Origin: Antedon mediterranea
Taxonomy: Eukaryota > Animalia > Echinodermata
NCBI RefSeq assembly: GCF_964355755.1
Contig: NC_092673.1
Location: 12,372,948-12,436,947 of the forward strand
Direction: 5' to 3'
DNA length: 64,000 bases
Shown here: one piece after another, positions 1-14,168 of the stretch
Numbering within the stretch: position 1 is the first letter of the stretch
Layout of the letters: each line of letters starts with the position of its first letter
Made by a program: the position numbers and the translations under genes
The notes under the pieces: model-generated
What the model was told of the DNA's origin: nothing
What the model saw: only the letters and a program-made list of their open reading frames with translations
The model's database searches: none

Positions 1-174
1 TTGCCCATAGAACTTTACCATCCAGTTTCAGAAAGATCAACTTGGTATAAATACCTTGAAAGCAGTTCTTATTTCCTTTTTGTCAAATACCGTATTAAAT
101 TGTTTTAATTTTGTTTTCTTAAATATAAATATTTTTTATATATTATAACTTTATTTTACATAACTTTATTTAAG

Positions 175-1583
175 ATTGAATGGATGAAGTATCACCCACC
201 TAACCGTGAAAATACTGCGCAGATAAGGACATATTTTAAGGAGACAGCCACCATGAGGTCAACGATCATTAAAACAAAAATTCCTACAATAACAAAAGTG
301 CTTGAAATGTTTCCACGAATGAAGGACATGCCATCATTGGTAAGATATTTACAATGACAATTTAAGTGTATGTATACTGGACCTATGGTTTAGTCCTTAT
401 CCGAGAAGACTTTTTAAGAACAATGAAGTGCTGAGCATTGCCAATGTTATGGCTGTGGTTTGTGGTGCCCCTGCCTTACTGCTTGGCCCCTATACACCGC
501 TCGATATTTGATATGTAACTTAGCACAATGAAATTATTCACATATTTATCACTTGTCTTTACCATTGTTTTTCCACAGATAAATCTTGATTTTAAGATCA
601 CATATGGAGATGACATTTCAGATGGATTTTTATCTAGATGGAACGTTTTCTTTTAGAACCTATCTTGAAATACGCAAAGAATCAAATCAATGCAAATGTG
701 GTTGGCATTCTTAAAAGTTTTGACGATGGTGGAGATCGTAAGTATGCCGGCGTGCACAGCCTAGGCGTAGTACACAGTATTACATGTTAAAAAGACAATT
801 CTTTATCTAAATATTTACAATACCTATTCACAAGTCAAATGGCTTAAATTGAAAAGTTAGGTATATAAACTAAAAACATGATATCGTGTATGTTTATTTA
901 CAGGTGACCTATGTGCCCTAAAGGTTTTAGCCCTGATGCTGCCATCTTCAAATGCACATTGTACAAAGAAAGGCAAAGGAAAATCAAAAGGAGCCAGTAG
1001 GGAGGAGTCACTTGACAACCAGTAAGTAACAAAATAATTCACAAGCAGTAACAATAATTGAGTCATCTTTTGTGCCTAAATAAATTTGCTGTTAACAAGT
1101 TTTGTTTCATTCACACATACAGTACATTTTTCAAATGTCCTATTATTAATGCCCTATTATGTTTCATCAATTGCGTAGTTTCATGCTGGTTTATCAATTA
1201 TTGACAGTACACAAAAATAAATGTACTTTTTATTCTCTTATTTAGATTAAACAAATAAGAACAACGATATTTCTTCTTATTTTTAGATTGGCACCAGTGT
1301 AGACACGTTTGCCAAAAACAAGAGTGACAAGTTCACCCAACCATTTTTGTTAGCCCTTGGTCCTTCCACAAATCCGGAACAATATTTTCTTGTCTGTGAC
1401 CATTGTGCTATTGAAGCTGGTTCGGCATTTAGTTTTTAAGTCATTTTATACTTTTAATGTTTCTTTTCCTGGCTGCCTTTACTCTTTTTATACTTATTTA
1501 TTTTGCCACTACTTCGTATAAGTGCAGCAAAACTTTTACACCGCAAGTGCGAGCATTCAATGCAATTTTAAATACAAATTAAA
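175..1583 (+). pseudogene. Spliced remnant of a CACTA/EnSpm-Mirage accessory ORF (SAMD3-like C-terminus)
   Basis: AG/GT-bounded exons at about 175-339 (IEWMKYHPP...VLEMFPRMKDMPSL), 579-737 (INLDFKITYGDDISDGFLSRW), 904-1021 and 1287-1583 (QPFLLALGP...QYFLVCD...FKSFYTFNVSFP), with frameshifts. The last motif resembles accessory ORFs of animal EnSpm-type elements (recall). Confidence 0.55.
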
Positions 1584-1594
1584 TGTAATCTTAA

Positions 1595-1896
1595 AGTTGC
1601 ATTCTCTGCAATTGTTGTTGTTTTGTAAAAATAATGCATATATATAACTTTAAAAACATTAAACCAAGTCATTTCTTGTCTTAAATGTACTTTCTAAGGT
1701 TAATTGTGATAACAAGAGATGCATTCTGGGATTTATAGCGGGCCGCTTAAATTCTTAAAATCGACATATTTTTCACATTTTTGACAGTTTAAAGACGAAA
1801 AGGGTTATCGAAATAGGATCATATATTATTTATTTTTACATAAAATGTATAGTCTGTGACCTTAAATTAGGTCGAAAAAACGTACAGAATGCAACT
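1595..1896. mobile_element. Kolobok-type MITE (302 bp)
   Basis: TTAA at 1591-1594 and 1897-1900; TIR AGTTGCATTCT/AGAATGCAACT; internal sequence homologous to the elements at 30579 and 41696. Confidence 0.85.
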
Positions 1897-2399
1897 TTAA
1901 ATATTACAGCCATTTAACGCAAAAGTAAAATACGTACGTAATCCATTTTTAAATTTTGTTTTACTATTGCTTGTTTGGTGTTGTGTATAAAGTCAAAGAT
2001 TGCCTTACATTCATTCAAAATTTGTATTAATCTTTGTATGCTTTAATTAAAAAATTGTCTTTCTTAATATACTTTTCTCTTGATTTTGGTTAATTTTTAA
2101 GCACTTAGTTGTCCAACATATTGTGCTATATTACATTGAACTTTATTATTAATTAATAAATGCTACTATTTTAGTGAAATTAAAGTTTTTTCTATTTCAT
2201 TTATCCTGTGTGCGTAATTAGTCATCTACAGCAGTAGTAGTAACAATTTTGCACTATGAGAAAAAATTCATATTTGATTTTATAATCCATCTTTGGTCGT
2301 GTTATTGTTAGAGATATTTTATACATTGAACCAGCAGATTTAAAGTACTTTTTAAGATTTCACTACAGAGTACTGCATTTCAAAGAAGTGAAAATACTA

Positions 2400-2548
2400 T
2401 AAAAGAGTGAGCTCTCACTCTTTTTAAAGAGTGACTATCACTCTTTATCAAAAGAGATATTATTTCACTCTTTTTCCACTCTTTCAAAGAGTGAATAGTT
2501 CCACTCTTTTCAAAGAGTGGATTTTCACTCTTTTACATTAAGAGAGTA
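2400..2548. repeat. CACTA/EnSpm-type subterminal repeat array and probable 3' terminus
   Basis: About ten alternating AAAGAGTG/CACTCTTT motifs ending in TTAAGAGAGTA, downstream of the EnSpm-like ORF remnant. Confidence 0.6.
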
Positions 2549-2699
2549 TTGAAGAGGAAGATACTGATGATGAACTGCTGTATTAAACTTATACTTAAAC
2601 AATTTAGTCCATAAAGTAATTGATTTACACTTTTGAAGCAAAAATAACTCAAAAAGACAATTAACAACACAACTACTAGAAATGTGTATGCTCTAAATA

Positions 2700-3350
2700 G
2701 TTTGATATCAAGATCAAGTATGGAGATGAATAAATCCAGATATCTAGGGTCAAAGGTCAGTAATTGTATTTTCGGTCATTATTTTTGGAAGGTTTTCATT
2801 AGAGCAAATAGAAAGTTGTATGTTATGAACATTTTAAAACCAAAATGAAGTATCTATGTCTTACCCGTTATGGAGATATGAAACTTCCATTAAAATAGGG
2901 TAAAAGGTCATAAATAGAAATTTTTTGGGTAAAGGTTCCATTAGAGCTGATATAAAGTTTTATATTACGAACAATTTGAGGCTACAATCAAGTCGCTACG
3001 ACAACCAGATGGAGATACACAACTTCCGGTCAGTTAGGGCTAAAGGTCAGAAAAGCCATTTCCGGTCATTTTGCAGGTAAATGTTCCATTAGAACTTATA
3101 TAAAGTTTTGTATTACGAACAATTTTAGACCAAAAGCAATCTACAATTTGTGGTTACCAAGATATGAACACTTGCAGTTTCAATGGTGGCCATTTTGAAA
3201 TTCAAGATGGCGGGCCTCTGCCACCCTTCCAGCTTTGTCAACATGTATTTTCTTGTTACTTGAGTTGTACTCAACATGTCTAGATAGGTGGTACCTTCTA
3301 TTCATAAAAATCGCACGGGACTTTATTATTCAACATAGTCTCCCTGACTA
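2700..3350. mobile_element. Orphan right end of an Academ-like DNA transposon
   Basis: Ends ...CTCCCTGACTA; carries the GGCCATTTTGAAA.TCAAGATGGC subterminal motif also seen in the 5710-9287 element; three degenerate ~140-150 bp repeats (GGTCAAAGGTCA...). No matching left end seen. Confidence 0.4.
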
Positions 3351-3639
3351 GTAATATAACATCATTAGTGTTGTATGTTACGAATATTTTCCATATTCTA
3401 AATTGAGCATGTTTGTTAGCATATGATAAAACATCATAAATTTACTGAATGTTGAATGAATGTCAATGTAGTAGTAGAGAACACTCAACATCTATTTCTC
3501 ACCATCTAAGAATTCAGAAGCGTGAAATTGTAGGTCTCCTTCAAGAACATGGTATTGACATAGGTATTAGTCTAAATGGTCTTTCAAATGAAGTAGGTAT
3601 ATCACATCAGATTTTCTAATACATCGTTTAAAAGGAATT

Positions 3640-4725
3640 CCTTTTTCAAATCCAACTGCAATTTGATTGAACCAGAAGAAGTAATTTTAGGCCGTAGAAA
3701 TGTTAACAAAAATGGGCATGTTAGCATTGTTTGTGATAAAGGATATATTGTTCCACTTAGGAACCTCCAGCATGAATAACTTAATGTTTGATATTTGTGA
3801 TGGCAATTATTTGAACATTCATTATTTAGTGAATAAAATAACATAAAATCACACTTCATTCTATCTCATGCTTCCCAATATCCCACCACAAGATCGGTCC
3901 CGTCTGTCATCCATATACTTGCTTGCATTGGCTAAGTCGCAACATCTACGGAGACACGGTGTTGACAGAATATTTTCCAACTTCATAAAAACAATCAATA
4001 AGCTGTCTTCAACTGGGATTGAATTTGACATTGGTGGTGAAAGGAAGAACATCAAAGGTGGTTTGGTTGCTGCTGTAGCAGATACTGTACTCCAGCTGCC
4101 AAACTAATTGGTGGATTTAACGAAGGAGTGGTTTACCTTAAAGTCATGTCGAACATGTCATGCTTCACGAGATGAATTGCCTTATTTGCTATCATGTACA
4201 CAGTGTCAACCCAGAACATTACAGGATCATTTGCATAAACGTGACTTATTCGATCAACAGAAAAAGCACATGTAGAATGGAGGAAACGGTGGGGCATTAC
4301 TCAAAAGAGTATTTTGTTGCAGATTTTGATGTATGCAAGTGCTTACTACATGATCCCATGCATGTTTTTCTTGAAGGTGCATGACCGACTGAACTAGCAC
4401 TGTTTGTATATTATTCTATTGAACTGAAGGTATTTTTTATATGCTTGAATGGTTGAACAACCAGTTGCAAACCTTTCCATATACCTATCTGGAAAAAAAA
4501 GACAAACCCGAACCAATTATGAAGAACCACTACTATAATGCTCTCAAGATAAAATGTACTTCTGCATCTATGCTGACACTGTGTAGCATACTACCCTATA
4601 TTCTTGTAAAGAAGGTTCCACATTATGACACAAAATTAACAAATTTGCTCCTATGAGTTACCTGGATTTGATTGAACCAGAAGAAGTAATTTTAGGCCAT
4701 AAAAATGTTAACAAAAATGGGCATA
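3640..4725 (+). pseudogene. CACTA/Mirage (CMC superfamily) transposase remnant
   Basis: Fragments RSRLSSIYLLAL, VAAVADT...GGFNEG...CRTC and HDPMHVFLEG match the CMC DxxA..GF..CR.C and D.MH...EG motifs. Many stops and frameshifts; about 60 bp at 3661-3720 is duplicated at 4666-4725. Confidence 0.8.
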
Positions 4726-5182
4726 GAATCGTCCTACGAGGTTCATCGAGCGTAGGTTGAACAAATATTGGTTCGATAACTGCTAATCTCTTCCTTTAAT
4801 TTGTGCTCAATTTGTATTAATTTATTTTATTTTGAGGGAGCTGAGGATAATTCGATTAGACTACTAGACATCCTGGAGAAGAAGGTTGCCGTTGTCAAAG
4901 GGAAAGGTACCAGATCCAAGACCATCATGACAATGTTGGAAGTAGGTGATTAGTTAACACATTGATTTATGTATAGTTTGATTTTCATTTGAAGGTATAT
5001 CTTTATAATTAAAATTCTTTCCTGTTGTCGATTCAACATTTTGAAGTAAAAACTGTTTTCAGAAAATGTATGAAAATTGTACCTTTAAAATCAGAAAGTT
5101 ATTTTATTTAGAGGCAACAGACAGATAAATATACTTTTATCAGAAACTTGTTCATAGATACACTGTATAACTATGTGGAATA

Positions 5183-5255
5183 TGGAAGCATGTAGCGCAA
5201 CGGTAAGGATTTGGGCTTCCAATCAAGAGGTCGGGAGTTTGAAACCGAGTCAGTA
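5183..5255 (+). mobile_element. tRNA-derived SINE head (or tRNA pseudogene)
   Basis: A box TAGCGCAACGG and degenerate B box GTTTGAAAC at tRNA spacing; acceptor stem does not pair. Confidence 0.5.
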
Positions 5256-5709
5256 GTGTGGGAACCCTTTTTCTAATTTCATTATCTATTATTTTAGAAA
5301 ATGTTAACTGTATTTTGTTTTTTATTTGAGAAATAAATTATTATTCAATTCAATTCAATTCAATTCAATTCAATTCAATAATACATTTATTTAAGATGGT
5401 CACAATATATAACAAACAATATTACAATAAACAATCATAAACAATTAATATAAGACCATCTTAGGGATCAAAATTAGAAGTAGAACTTGTCTCACATTGA
5501 CCCCTAAAATAATAATAATAATTCAAACAAAAATAAGAACGGTACCGTATAAATATACAAATACAACGCATACAATTAAATAAATTATACAGTGCGCAAC
5601 ATATTTAGTAGGTTTGGTAACAAGATAAATAAAGGGTTTTTATATGCTTTCTAAATGAATTTACAGTATATAAATGATTGATGGCAGTTGAATCTAGATT
5701 ATTCCAATA

Positions 5710-8700
5710 TAGTGTAGGCCAGTATGTAATTTCGTGTCATTTTTTTGTTAAAAGCAAAATTCCAGCTGATTTAGTGTCTTTAGGATGTAAAGTAATGAAA
5801 AAAATATGTTGCCATTTTTTTTAAAAAGCTTAAGGGTGTCAAATCCAAGATGGCCGCCAATATGTAAAATATCCAATAAATGTACCATATTGGACAAAGT
5901 AACACCCATTATGAATAATATTTTAAGTTCATATGGGTTCTCTGCTATATAAGAATTATTATAAACCTATATTCATTAGTATTCTGACATTTTGAATTTC
6001 AAAATGGCCGCCATTTTAAAAAAATTGATTAAATTTCTTATTAAAACATGTGCAAGTTATGACGTTGATTGAAATCACATAAAATGATAGGCCTATGACA
6101 ACAACATTGGTGATTAACACAAAATGGCGGCCATTTTGAATTTTAAAATGGCCGCAATTTTTTTTAAATGGGTTAAATTTCTTATTAAAACTTGTATAAG
6201 TTAAATAAAATTAGATTGAAATATACAAAATGATATGCTTATGACAACAACATGGTGATTAACACAAAATGTTGACCATCAGGAGGTCTACAGTACTGAC
6301 AGTACACTTCTTCATATTAAAACAATGAAATATTTCTAATCTTGGATGCGATACAGTAAGTTGACCTTCCTTCGTTCTCTACTGCTGTATCCATCAAACT
6401 TCCACAGACCTTGTTCAGAAACAAATTGGCAAAATAACTGAAATACCTCATTTCACCGGCAAATAATCTCTATAGGAGTCTTCTTTTACTTTGATAAGTT
6501 TGTCACCTGTATTCACCGTCATATATATTTTTTGCCAATATTCGTCGTTTTCTTAGGATCCCATATAGACAGTTTGCCTTCTACAAGACTTTTACCAATG
6601 CCTCAAACATTTTCTGTCCAATTTTATCATGCCATGGCCAACAAACACCTTTGTGCGAATTGCAGCATTCTTCATTAATCGGGATATCATCTCTCTTTAA
6701 ATGTAAACTAAATTTGCCAGCTCTGATGAAATCATTAATTTGTGTTATTCCAATGATACCACGCTCAATGACCCTGATCAATTGATGTAAATCCAGCAAG
6801 TCTCACACATACATGTCCTCTCATATACATACCATACTGTATATAGGGATATAGTTTAACCACATCATTTAGATTTCGTCGACTCTCTGTATTCAAGTTA
6901 ATATCTTTATGATCAGCCTCTTTCAAACAAAATGATACTTAACTTATAATCTCTTTCTCCGTCTGCATTTGTAGAAGCAAGTTGTAGAGAGAAAGCAGAA
7001 TTAGTGTTCTTTTGTCCTTTACAGATGTTTTCCATTTAAGATATTTTTGTCCCGATTTGTGTCACTAGTTGTATAGGTAATACAAGTTCAGTTTCAACAA
7101 AAGCACTTGCCTCAACACTATTTTCACAATGCTACATGTCCAACCAAAAGCCATATAGTTCACCGGGTCGACATAATAATTGCTTTTTGATGTCATCTCT
7201 GTCCACCTCCACTCATCTCGGGTAAGAGTCATCACCAGGCATTCTTGTCTTTCCCTAGTACATGGGTTTTTATACCACAACCATGTGCACTCATCAAACC
7301 AGTGTATAATGTTGGTCTGTCTGTAGGGGGTACATATCTAATGAAATTGGTTGAGATTGTAGAAGATGAGAAGTAGGAGTTCATTCATTTACAAGGTTAT
7401 TTATAGGCAGAGCTTTATCTGTATTTCCTTCAAGCTTCTGCCAAAAGTTGATAGGTTGAAACTTACCAACCATACTGGTGACTATGGCTCTGAAGGTTCA
7501 GACATTGAATTACATAGCAATAACGCATTTATTATTTAACATATTTATACAGGATTTCACAATAAGGTATAAATGCACTTGTTTTATATTGTGGTCCTGT
7601 CTCCTGTCAAGTTTCAGTTTCATGAAAAGAAATGAGATCTGTAATTTAGAATCTATATATAAATTATGGTTAATTCTGACATAGGCGAGCACAATGGAAA
7701 AACTTTGGAACAAATTTCTGCCTTGGATACCTACCTGAACTATCTCAGGTGTACCGCGAAATGTAAAACAGTTTTCACTATTACGATATTGTTCCATATT
7801 TCTATCTTAGGAATATATTATAAAGAGTTTTAAAACAAAATTTCTGATTCATCGGTAGATTTTCAACTCAATTTCAATTGTACGCGGTCAAAGTAATTTC
7901 CGGGCTCACGATGAGTTCACAGGTTTACCTTGCAACTACCTGGTTTCAGTAAAGTTGGTCGTTAGTGGCTATTAGCTATTTTAGTTTTTTGTTTATTTTC
8001 GGATTGAACCACGCGTGTGAAGGTGCAGTAGTTAAAAAATAAAATCCCGATAGCCGAGTTTTATTGAGTAAGCTGGCAGGAATAACTGTAGGCTATCTGT
8101 GTCCCATTAGGGCCCATATTGCAAGCCGTCTAAAACATCTTCCTTCTTGGGCCGAAACGGCCTACACTGTCGCGGAAGTTAGTTTCAAAAGATGTTTAAA
8201 TTAAATAATGTATTATGATGGTATTTATTTGAATAAACGCCTCCCCAATAAAACACTTTGAATAATAATCGCCTACACCCCCTCCCCCCACCTACCCAAC
8301 TATCTAATAAACGCCCATCCACATTAATTATACACACAATATTGTATATACTATTTATAATAGAATTCATTACACTGTTAACTATAATTTACCAAGCATT
8401 TGTTATAATTTTTTACCACTTTTCATATCTATTAGAGGATTTTATTTGATTATAAATGTTACGATATTATTAAGACTAAAAAATCCCTCGAATAAACACT
8501 ATACTTTAAAATGTTATTAATCATCTAAGACACTGTGAAACAGAGTAGGTTTAGTTTTTCGAATGTCAAGCATTTTCAATAATGGTAACCGACAGAAAAC
8601 GTACAAGGAGAACGTCCTTCTAAAACCTTTTTACCCGAGTCATTATCCTTCCGAGAACCTTAGTTTACACTTCCTAGAGGGGAGCGAGCGAACTAGATGT

Positions 8701-9287
8701 CTAACCCTCTAGTTAGACGTAATTGTTGTTGAATATTTGATATAAATTGTTAATTTGTTCCATACTTTTGCAACTCCAACTTTGAACGATTATTTAACTT
8801 TATAGTCATAGTGGGGTATTATATATCTGTTATAGAGGACATTGACAACTTTAGCCTTATATTTACAATTTACAATCTTGTGAGAAGTGACAATTTTAGA
8901 ACATTGTGTACAAACAACAATTTATGCACACATATTTTAAAAAAATTATTTAAAGAATTTAATTTTTAGTGGCGGCCATTTTGAAATCCAAGATGGCCGA
9001 CAGATTATCGCTTTACATAGTTAGGATTGTATAATGGGTACAGTAATACCATCAAAACGGACTTGTTCCACATTTATAATTTGTATTATTGATGATATTC
9101 TGATTTTTAATAGGGTTATTTGAATGTTGGCGGCCATCTTGAATTTGGTCCTTTAAATGTCTTTTGAAAAAATGGCAACATATTTTTTTTCATTCCTTAT
9201 ATTATCAAGATATGAAATAAAGTCAAAGTTTGCTTTTAACAAAAAATATACACGACATTCATATAAACGACATACCAGCCTATACTA
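5710..9287. mobile_element. Academ-like DNA transposon, non-autonomous
   Basis: TAG...CTA termini; imperfect TIR (TAGTGTAGGCCAGTATGT vs TAGTATAGGCTGGTATGT) with shared TTTTTTGTTAAAAGCAAA and AAAAATATGTTGCCATTTTT blocks; 3-bp ATA TSD at 5707-5709 and 9288-9290. Removing it restores the LINE codons GPTYWNNL. Confidence 0.8.
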
Positions 9288-9503
9288 ATACGTTGGTCCT
9301 AAATAAGTAATAAAAAACTGGCTTTTTCTAAGTTTAACAAATGGAACATACAATTTATGTGGATTTCTTATGTTATAGGTATGATCTAATAAACGATTTG
9401 AAAATAACATTGAAACAGACTTTGGTAGTAAACCAGTAACATATTCAAACATAAAAGAAGTAACTTGAAGTTTATGAAGGTCATATATTTTTAAAATTTT
9501 AAG

Positions 9504-10248
9504 TTTTTAGTCGCGTGGAAGCGACTCTATAGTTCACTATGTCGGTCGGTCGGTCGGTCTGTCTGTCTGTCGGTCCGGTATCACTATGCGTTTTATCGCT
9601 TTCTGACCTTATCTTTATATCAGTTTAATCTAGCTAGGTCAATTTTTCACAGTATATTCCTTATGGCCAGGAATCAATGTGGTTATGTTTTCACGGTGCG
9701 CAATAAAAAATTACGCGGTCTACGCACGATTTAACGAAATCACGTTTGTAATCATATCTTCACAACCATGAATCACAATTAAATAAAATTTGGTACTCAT
9801 AAATTTCAGGGCATAAATCATCATATGGCAATACAATTACGTGCGTAGCGCATGTAACGCATACGTACGCGCGCTTAACATTTTCAAAATTTATTTTCGA
9901 TGAAATAAGAGTACATTTCAGGCAATTTTAAGCGTTTACAAAATTGCCATGAGTGCGCATATTTTTGCGCGCGCACTGCGCGTTAAATGTTATTGCGCAC
10001 TCTTTTTGCCCGATTTCTGTTTTCTTGACTTACTTTTCAACTCGAAATTACGTTATACGAGCACGTCGAAAGTGACAGGCTACGCACGTGTAAATTAAAA
10101 AAAAAAAAAAATGTTTTTAAACATTTCAACATTTTTAAACATGTTCAGTAATTTCGGTCAGTATGGTTCACTATGTCGGTCGGTCGGTCTCTCTGTCTGT
10201 CGGTCTGTCTGTCGGTCCGGTATCACTATGCATTGTAGCACGCGACTT
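9504..10248 (+). mobile_element. DINE-1/HINE-like non-autonomous Helentron
   Basis: Starts in a T-run; subterminal IR AGTCGCGTG (9509) / CACGCGACT (10239-10247); two (GTCG)n(GTCT)n microsatellite blocks. Confidence 0.7.
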
Positions 10249-10594
10249 AATGCAGATGTAGATTGTTCAAAGTTTAATAATCGAACAACACGTTTTTGTA
10301 AAATGAAAATTCTATGTAAATTTGATGGATAATCAGCTGCCCATATAATATTGCAATAAAGTAAATGTGGTAATATAAGCGAATTATACAAAGAAAGTAA
10401 AATGTGTTGAGGAAAAAAATATTTTATCTGGTTTATAACACCAATGCATTTAGACATTTTGATTGAAATATTTTTCTGATGACCGGTCCAATTTAAGTTT
10501 TCATTAATTAAAATTCCAAGAAATAAAGTTTCGCTTTTTCGGTCCAGATTTTTACCATTTAGAACAACCTGAATGGATTGATTAATTACCACTT

Positions 10595-10650
10595 GTTTGT
10601 GTCCTTGGGCAAGGCACTTTATCTACAATTTCTTCTCCCCCACCCAGGAT
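10595..10650 (+). mobile_element. SINE core fragment (Deu/Nin-domain-like)
   Basis: GTGTCCTTGGGCAAGGCACTTTA...CCCCACCCAGG motif (recall of conserved SINE body). Confidence 0.45.
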
Positions 10651-12809
10651 TAGTAGTAGGAATAATTCAGGTAGAGGAAATAGACGTACAGTATCAGATG
10701 ATGTTCTGGCTAAAAAGCTTCAAGATGGCAGTACAAAGATGATATTTATTGTTGGTGAAGACCAGTTTATAAACTGTCAAAGTGTGAATGTTAAAGATGC
10801 ATTGATTCAGCTGCTGCTGGAAGCGTACTACATTTTCTATTTATGGTCAATTGCTAGGCTTCCGGGTTCAAATACGCGATTATCTTTTAATGCACATGTA
10901 TATTCTAAATACTGAATAAATAAGTATTAAGTAGTCAAAATAAGCGGAGTCACCTGTTGCTTTGTATCAATTCATGGTCTAGAACAATAAAATAGCAGAT
11001 GTCGACTTTTCATTGTTGAATGGTTTCACTGAAATAGTATAAAAGAAGCGTTTACGAATGTTTTGAGATTAGTATAAAATCTTCCATCTTTGAAGTTCTA
11101 CGGAGTTTGTGTACACAAGTTTAAGGTAAATTTAGTGTTTAATTGGATGTTAGGTTTAATCTTAGTAATTATGGTAGGCCTACGAAATGTATTTGATTGT
11201 GTGTCTTATATTTGTGTTAGTTCACTGTTCAATTCGCTTTCAATAGATTGATCAAAATGAACGAGGATCTGCTAAAATAAATAGAAGCTGCAGCATCTGT
11301 AACGGCATCGCTCTATTCCGACAGGAAGTTAAGGAATACAGCAGAGAGGACAGGGAGAGTGATAGAGCAGACTTTGGCAGACTGTGCTTCTGTCACGCCA
11401 AAATTAATCCGGCCAAAATCGGTCCGGCCGGATCGATTTTGGTCGCCAAAACTGGTCCGGTCGGATCGATTTTGGCGTTGAACAGCCGCTAAAACAGGTC
11501 CGGCTAGGCCAAAACTGGTCCGGCCTTTAAAATCGCTTATTTATTTTTTAAAATGTGTAAGAAGCCTGCAAACAGTTCAAATGGTTAAAGTAAACTAAAC
11601 TTAAAGTAAATATACTAAATATTACCGTACAAACGAAAAGAAATTATCGAAACATTAATTAAAGAAACTCTAATCAGATTTTGGGATTTTATTATTATTT
11701 TATTGTTCAGTTCGTTTAAAACTAATAGCGCCCTCTAGTAATTTTATATTATGTCTAAGATCTTAGATATTATGTACAAACTGAATACGTCTTGGGCGTA
11801 ATAATGATTAATAATAACATATAGAACGTTAATTATTATTAGTATTATTATTTTAGGTTGTTGTCATTACTGCTATCAGTATCTTTTTTTTTTGCCTTTG
11901 TAAGAGATTATACCCGCCTTATTTTTTTTCCAGTCCACATTTTGGGGTGCAAGTGGCCACCAAGGGCCTCTCTATTAATAGTATAAAACAACAACGATAA
12001 TAACAATCGATATGGGTAGCAATACTAACATTAATAAAGATCAAAAATCGACAAACGACACCACAGTGGAACGACCGGTTCCCACATTCACGATTTTAAC
12101 TGTACGACAAACACGAGTTTTATGGACTTTTAAGAATTCAATTACTTATTACGCTCTAATAATATCACTGGTTGGTGTACGCGTGGGTTGCGTCATCATT
12201 TTATAGTGCCGTAATCAAGTTTTAGCGGAAAAAAAGAGGGTTAAATTTGTCATTTTCTCAAAATTATCCAAAATATGAACTTTTTAGAATCCAATTATTA
12301 CGCTCTAATATCATTATTTAGGCCTACTGGTAATATTTGTAATTTTTAAAAAAAATCTTTACACCGCAACCCAGGACCACAGCTGAAAAAAAGCTGTGGC
12401 ACATCTAACGTGGATGGGATGGATGCGAGCGACTAAGTCTATACACCCATTGTCGCTCAACTCAAAATGTTATAACATAGAGCTGAACGTAGGCTACAAT
12501 ACAATTAATTATTTGACTAGCCTATAGGTTTATTTCAATCTTGCAAAACACAATTCATATATTTAATTCAAAATGTATGAGTCCTAAATAGGCCTACTGT
12601 ATTTGATTGTTACAATGTAATAATATATTACCTGCAGTATTATGTTTTATATTTTTATACAGTAAATACTGTAATTTAAAACAATAAAATTCACTATACA
12701 TCAACTAAGGTAAACATATTAAAAATGGTACGCTTAACCAAGGCCTTGCATGCGAAATCACGCATTAACATTTTAAAATGCTTAAAATTACGTTTTGATC
12801 AATTTTAGA

Positions 12810-14168
12810 ATATGATTTAGGCCATTTGCGTGTTTCAAAAATACTGCGCAAAAAAACATCGAAACGGCCCAGAAAAGACAGAAAATCAATTATGACAGAA
12901 GGCATGCACAACCAACTGAATTCGAATGCGGAACATATGTATTGATGAAAGATCTGCGAAGGAAAAAAAGGAAGGAAGGAAAACTGGAAAATAAATGGTT
13001 AGGTCCATACAAAATTACTTCAAAACTGGGAAAGGGATCATATTCTCTGATAGGGCTAGATGACGACAGTGTTATCAAACGTGTTAACGGGATACCTCTG
13101 AAGCCATATATCTTTCCACCAACCTCTTCATCAAAACATGATTGCCTCAACACTCAAACGTCCGGCAGTACTTCACCATCCGTTTCGCCACTAATCGTCA
13201 ATGGAAGCAACCTGCCTTTTAAATTGTCAAATAATTTGCCCGAAAAAGCTGCAAATGAATCAATGGAACACCACAATGCTGAGAAATATAAGGAAGAAGG
13301 ACCCTCTCAAAACGTTAGACAGAACAAGCATCTTGATCAACAATTAGATGATGTGATATTCTGTGGTTCTTACGAGGCTAGTTCACCAAACCCAGTAGAT
13401 GCACATTGGCAAGCAGAAAAATCATTTTTGTTTGGAATCGACGTTAAAATATCATACAAGACGTGAATACAAATCAAAGAGAAATGAACAAGGCAGCAAA
13501 ACCCACGAAAACAGCCAGGATGCGCGGAGACGGGACCTGCCTCAGCTTTAGAGCGCTTAGTTACGTTCTTGTTGGTGTCTAAAGTCACCATGATTGTGAG
13601 GGACCATATTTTAGAGTTTATGTCCAAAACAGACGTATCTTTGAAAACTGCGACAGCAGATCATTCGAAAAATACACAAGTGATACAGCTATGTCTAAAG
13701 ATGGAACATGGGCCGGGGCTCCGAGTTGGAAATTTAAGCATTTGCAACAATGACGAAAACCATTGTCTACAAATATGGCACAAGAAAGAATCAACCACAT
13801 TTTCAATGGCTGGGAGTATTGCCCCTTAACAAATAGTGATGCTGAAATTTCGGAAAGAAATGTGTATCTTTCAACTGTTTGTGCTCATTTTGAGCCAGTT
13901 TTGGACGTTGAAAAACAAGAGGAGGGGTTACTTGACACATCGGAACGAAAGTACATCCCCATTCCATTCAATACGCAAGTATCTCGCCCGCAAATATTGG
14001 GACTACATCACCGAAGAAACCTTAAACGCTGCTCTTGTGGACAATTATTGTGAAATTGAGCCAAATATCTTCAACTTGTTGTGCGATGTCGAAGATTTCC
14101 AGGAGAAATTTTTAGAGAAAACAACTTTCATACCTTCCCTCATTAAAAGGACGTGCTATAACACATAA
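12810..14168 (+). pseudogene. Ginger integrase C-terminus (GPY/F) followed by an OTU protease domain
   Basis: AQKRQKINYDRRH...KLENKWLGPYKI (ORF 12942-13466); MRGDGTCL.FRALS at about 13519; AHFEPV at about 13882. Frameshifted; DDE core not seen. Confidence 0.8.

Larger units (their letters stand above)
5342..10592 (-). mobile_element. 5'-truncated CR1/L2-group (Crack-like) LINE, split into three pieces
   Basis: RT C-terminal text FLGILINENLNW, LYNSLILPHLLYCNIIWA, LQKRVVR (10250-10592); LKILKIYDL...GPT (9288-9503); YWNNL (5600-5709); (GAATT)n tail at 5344-5378. Confidence 0.8.

Noticed and set aside
380-500. Possible SINE body fragment in an intron
   Set aside because: Too short and degenerate to delimit or classify by eye.
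5183-5255. Functional tRNA gene
   Set aside because: The acceptor stem is unpaired and the B box is degenerate; better read as a SINE head.
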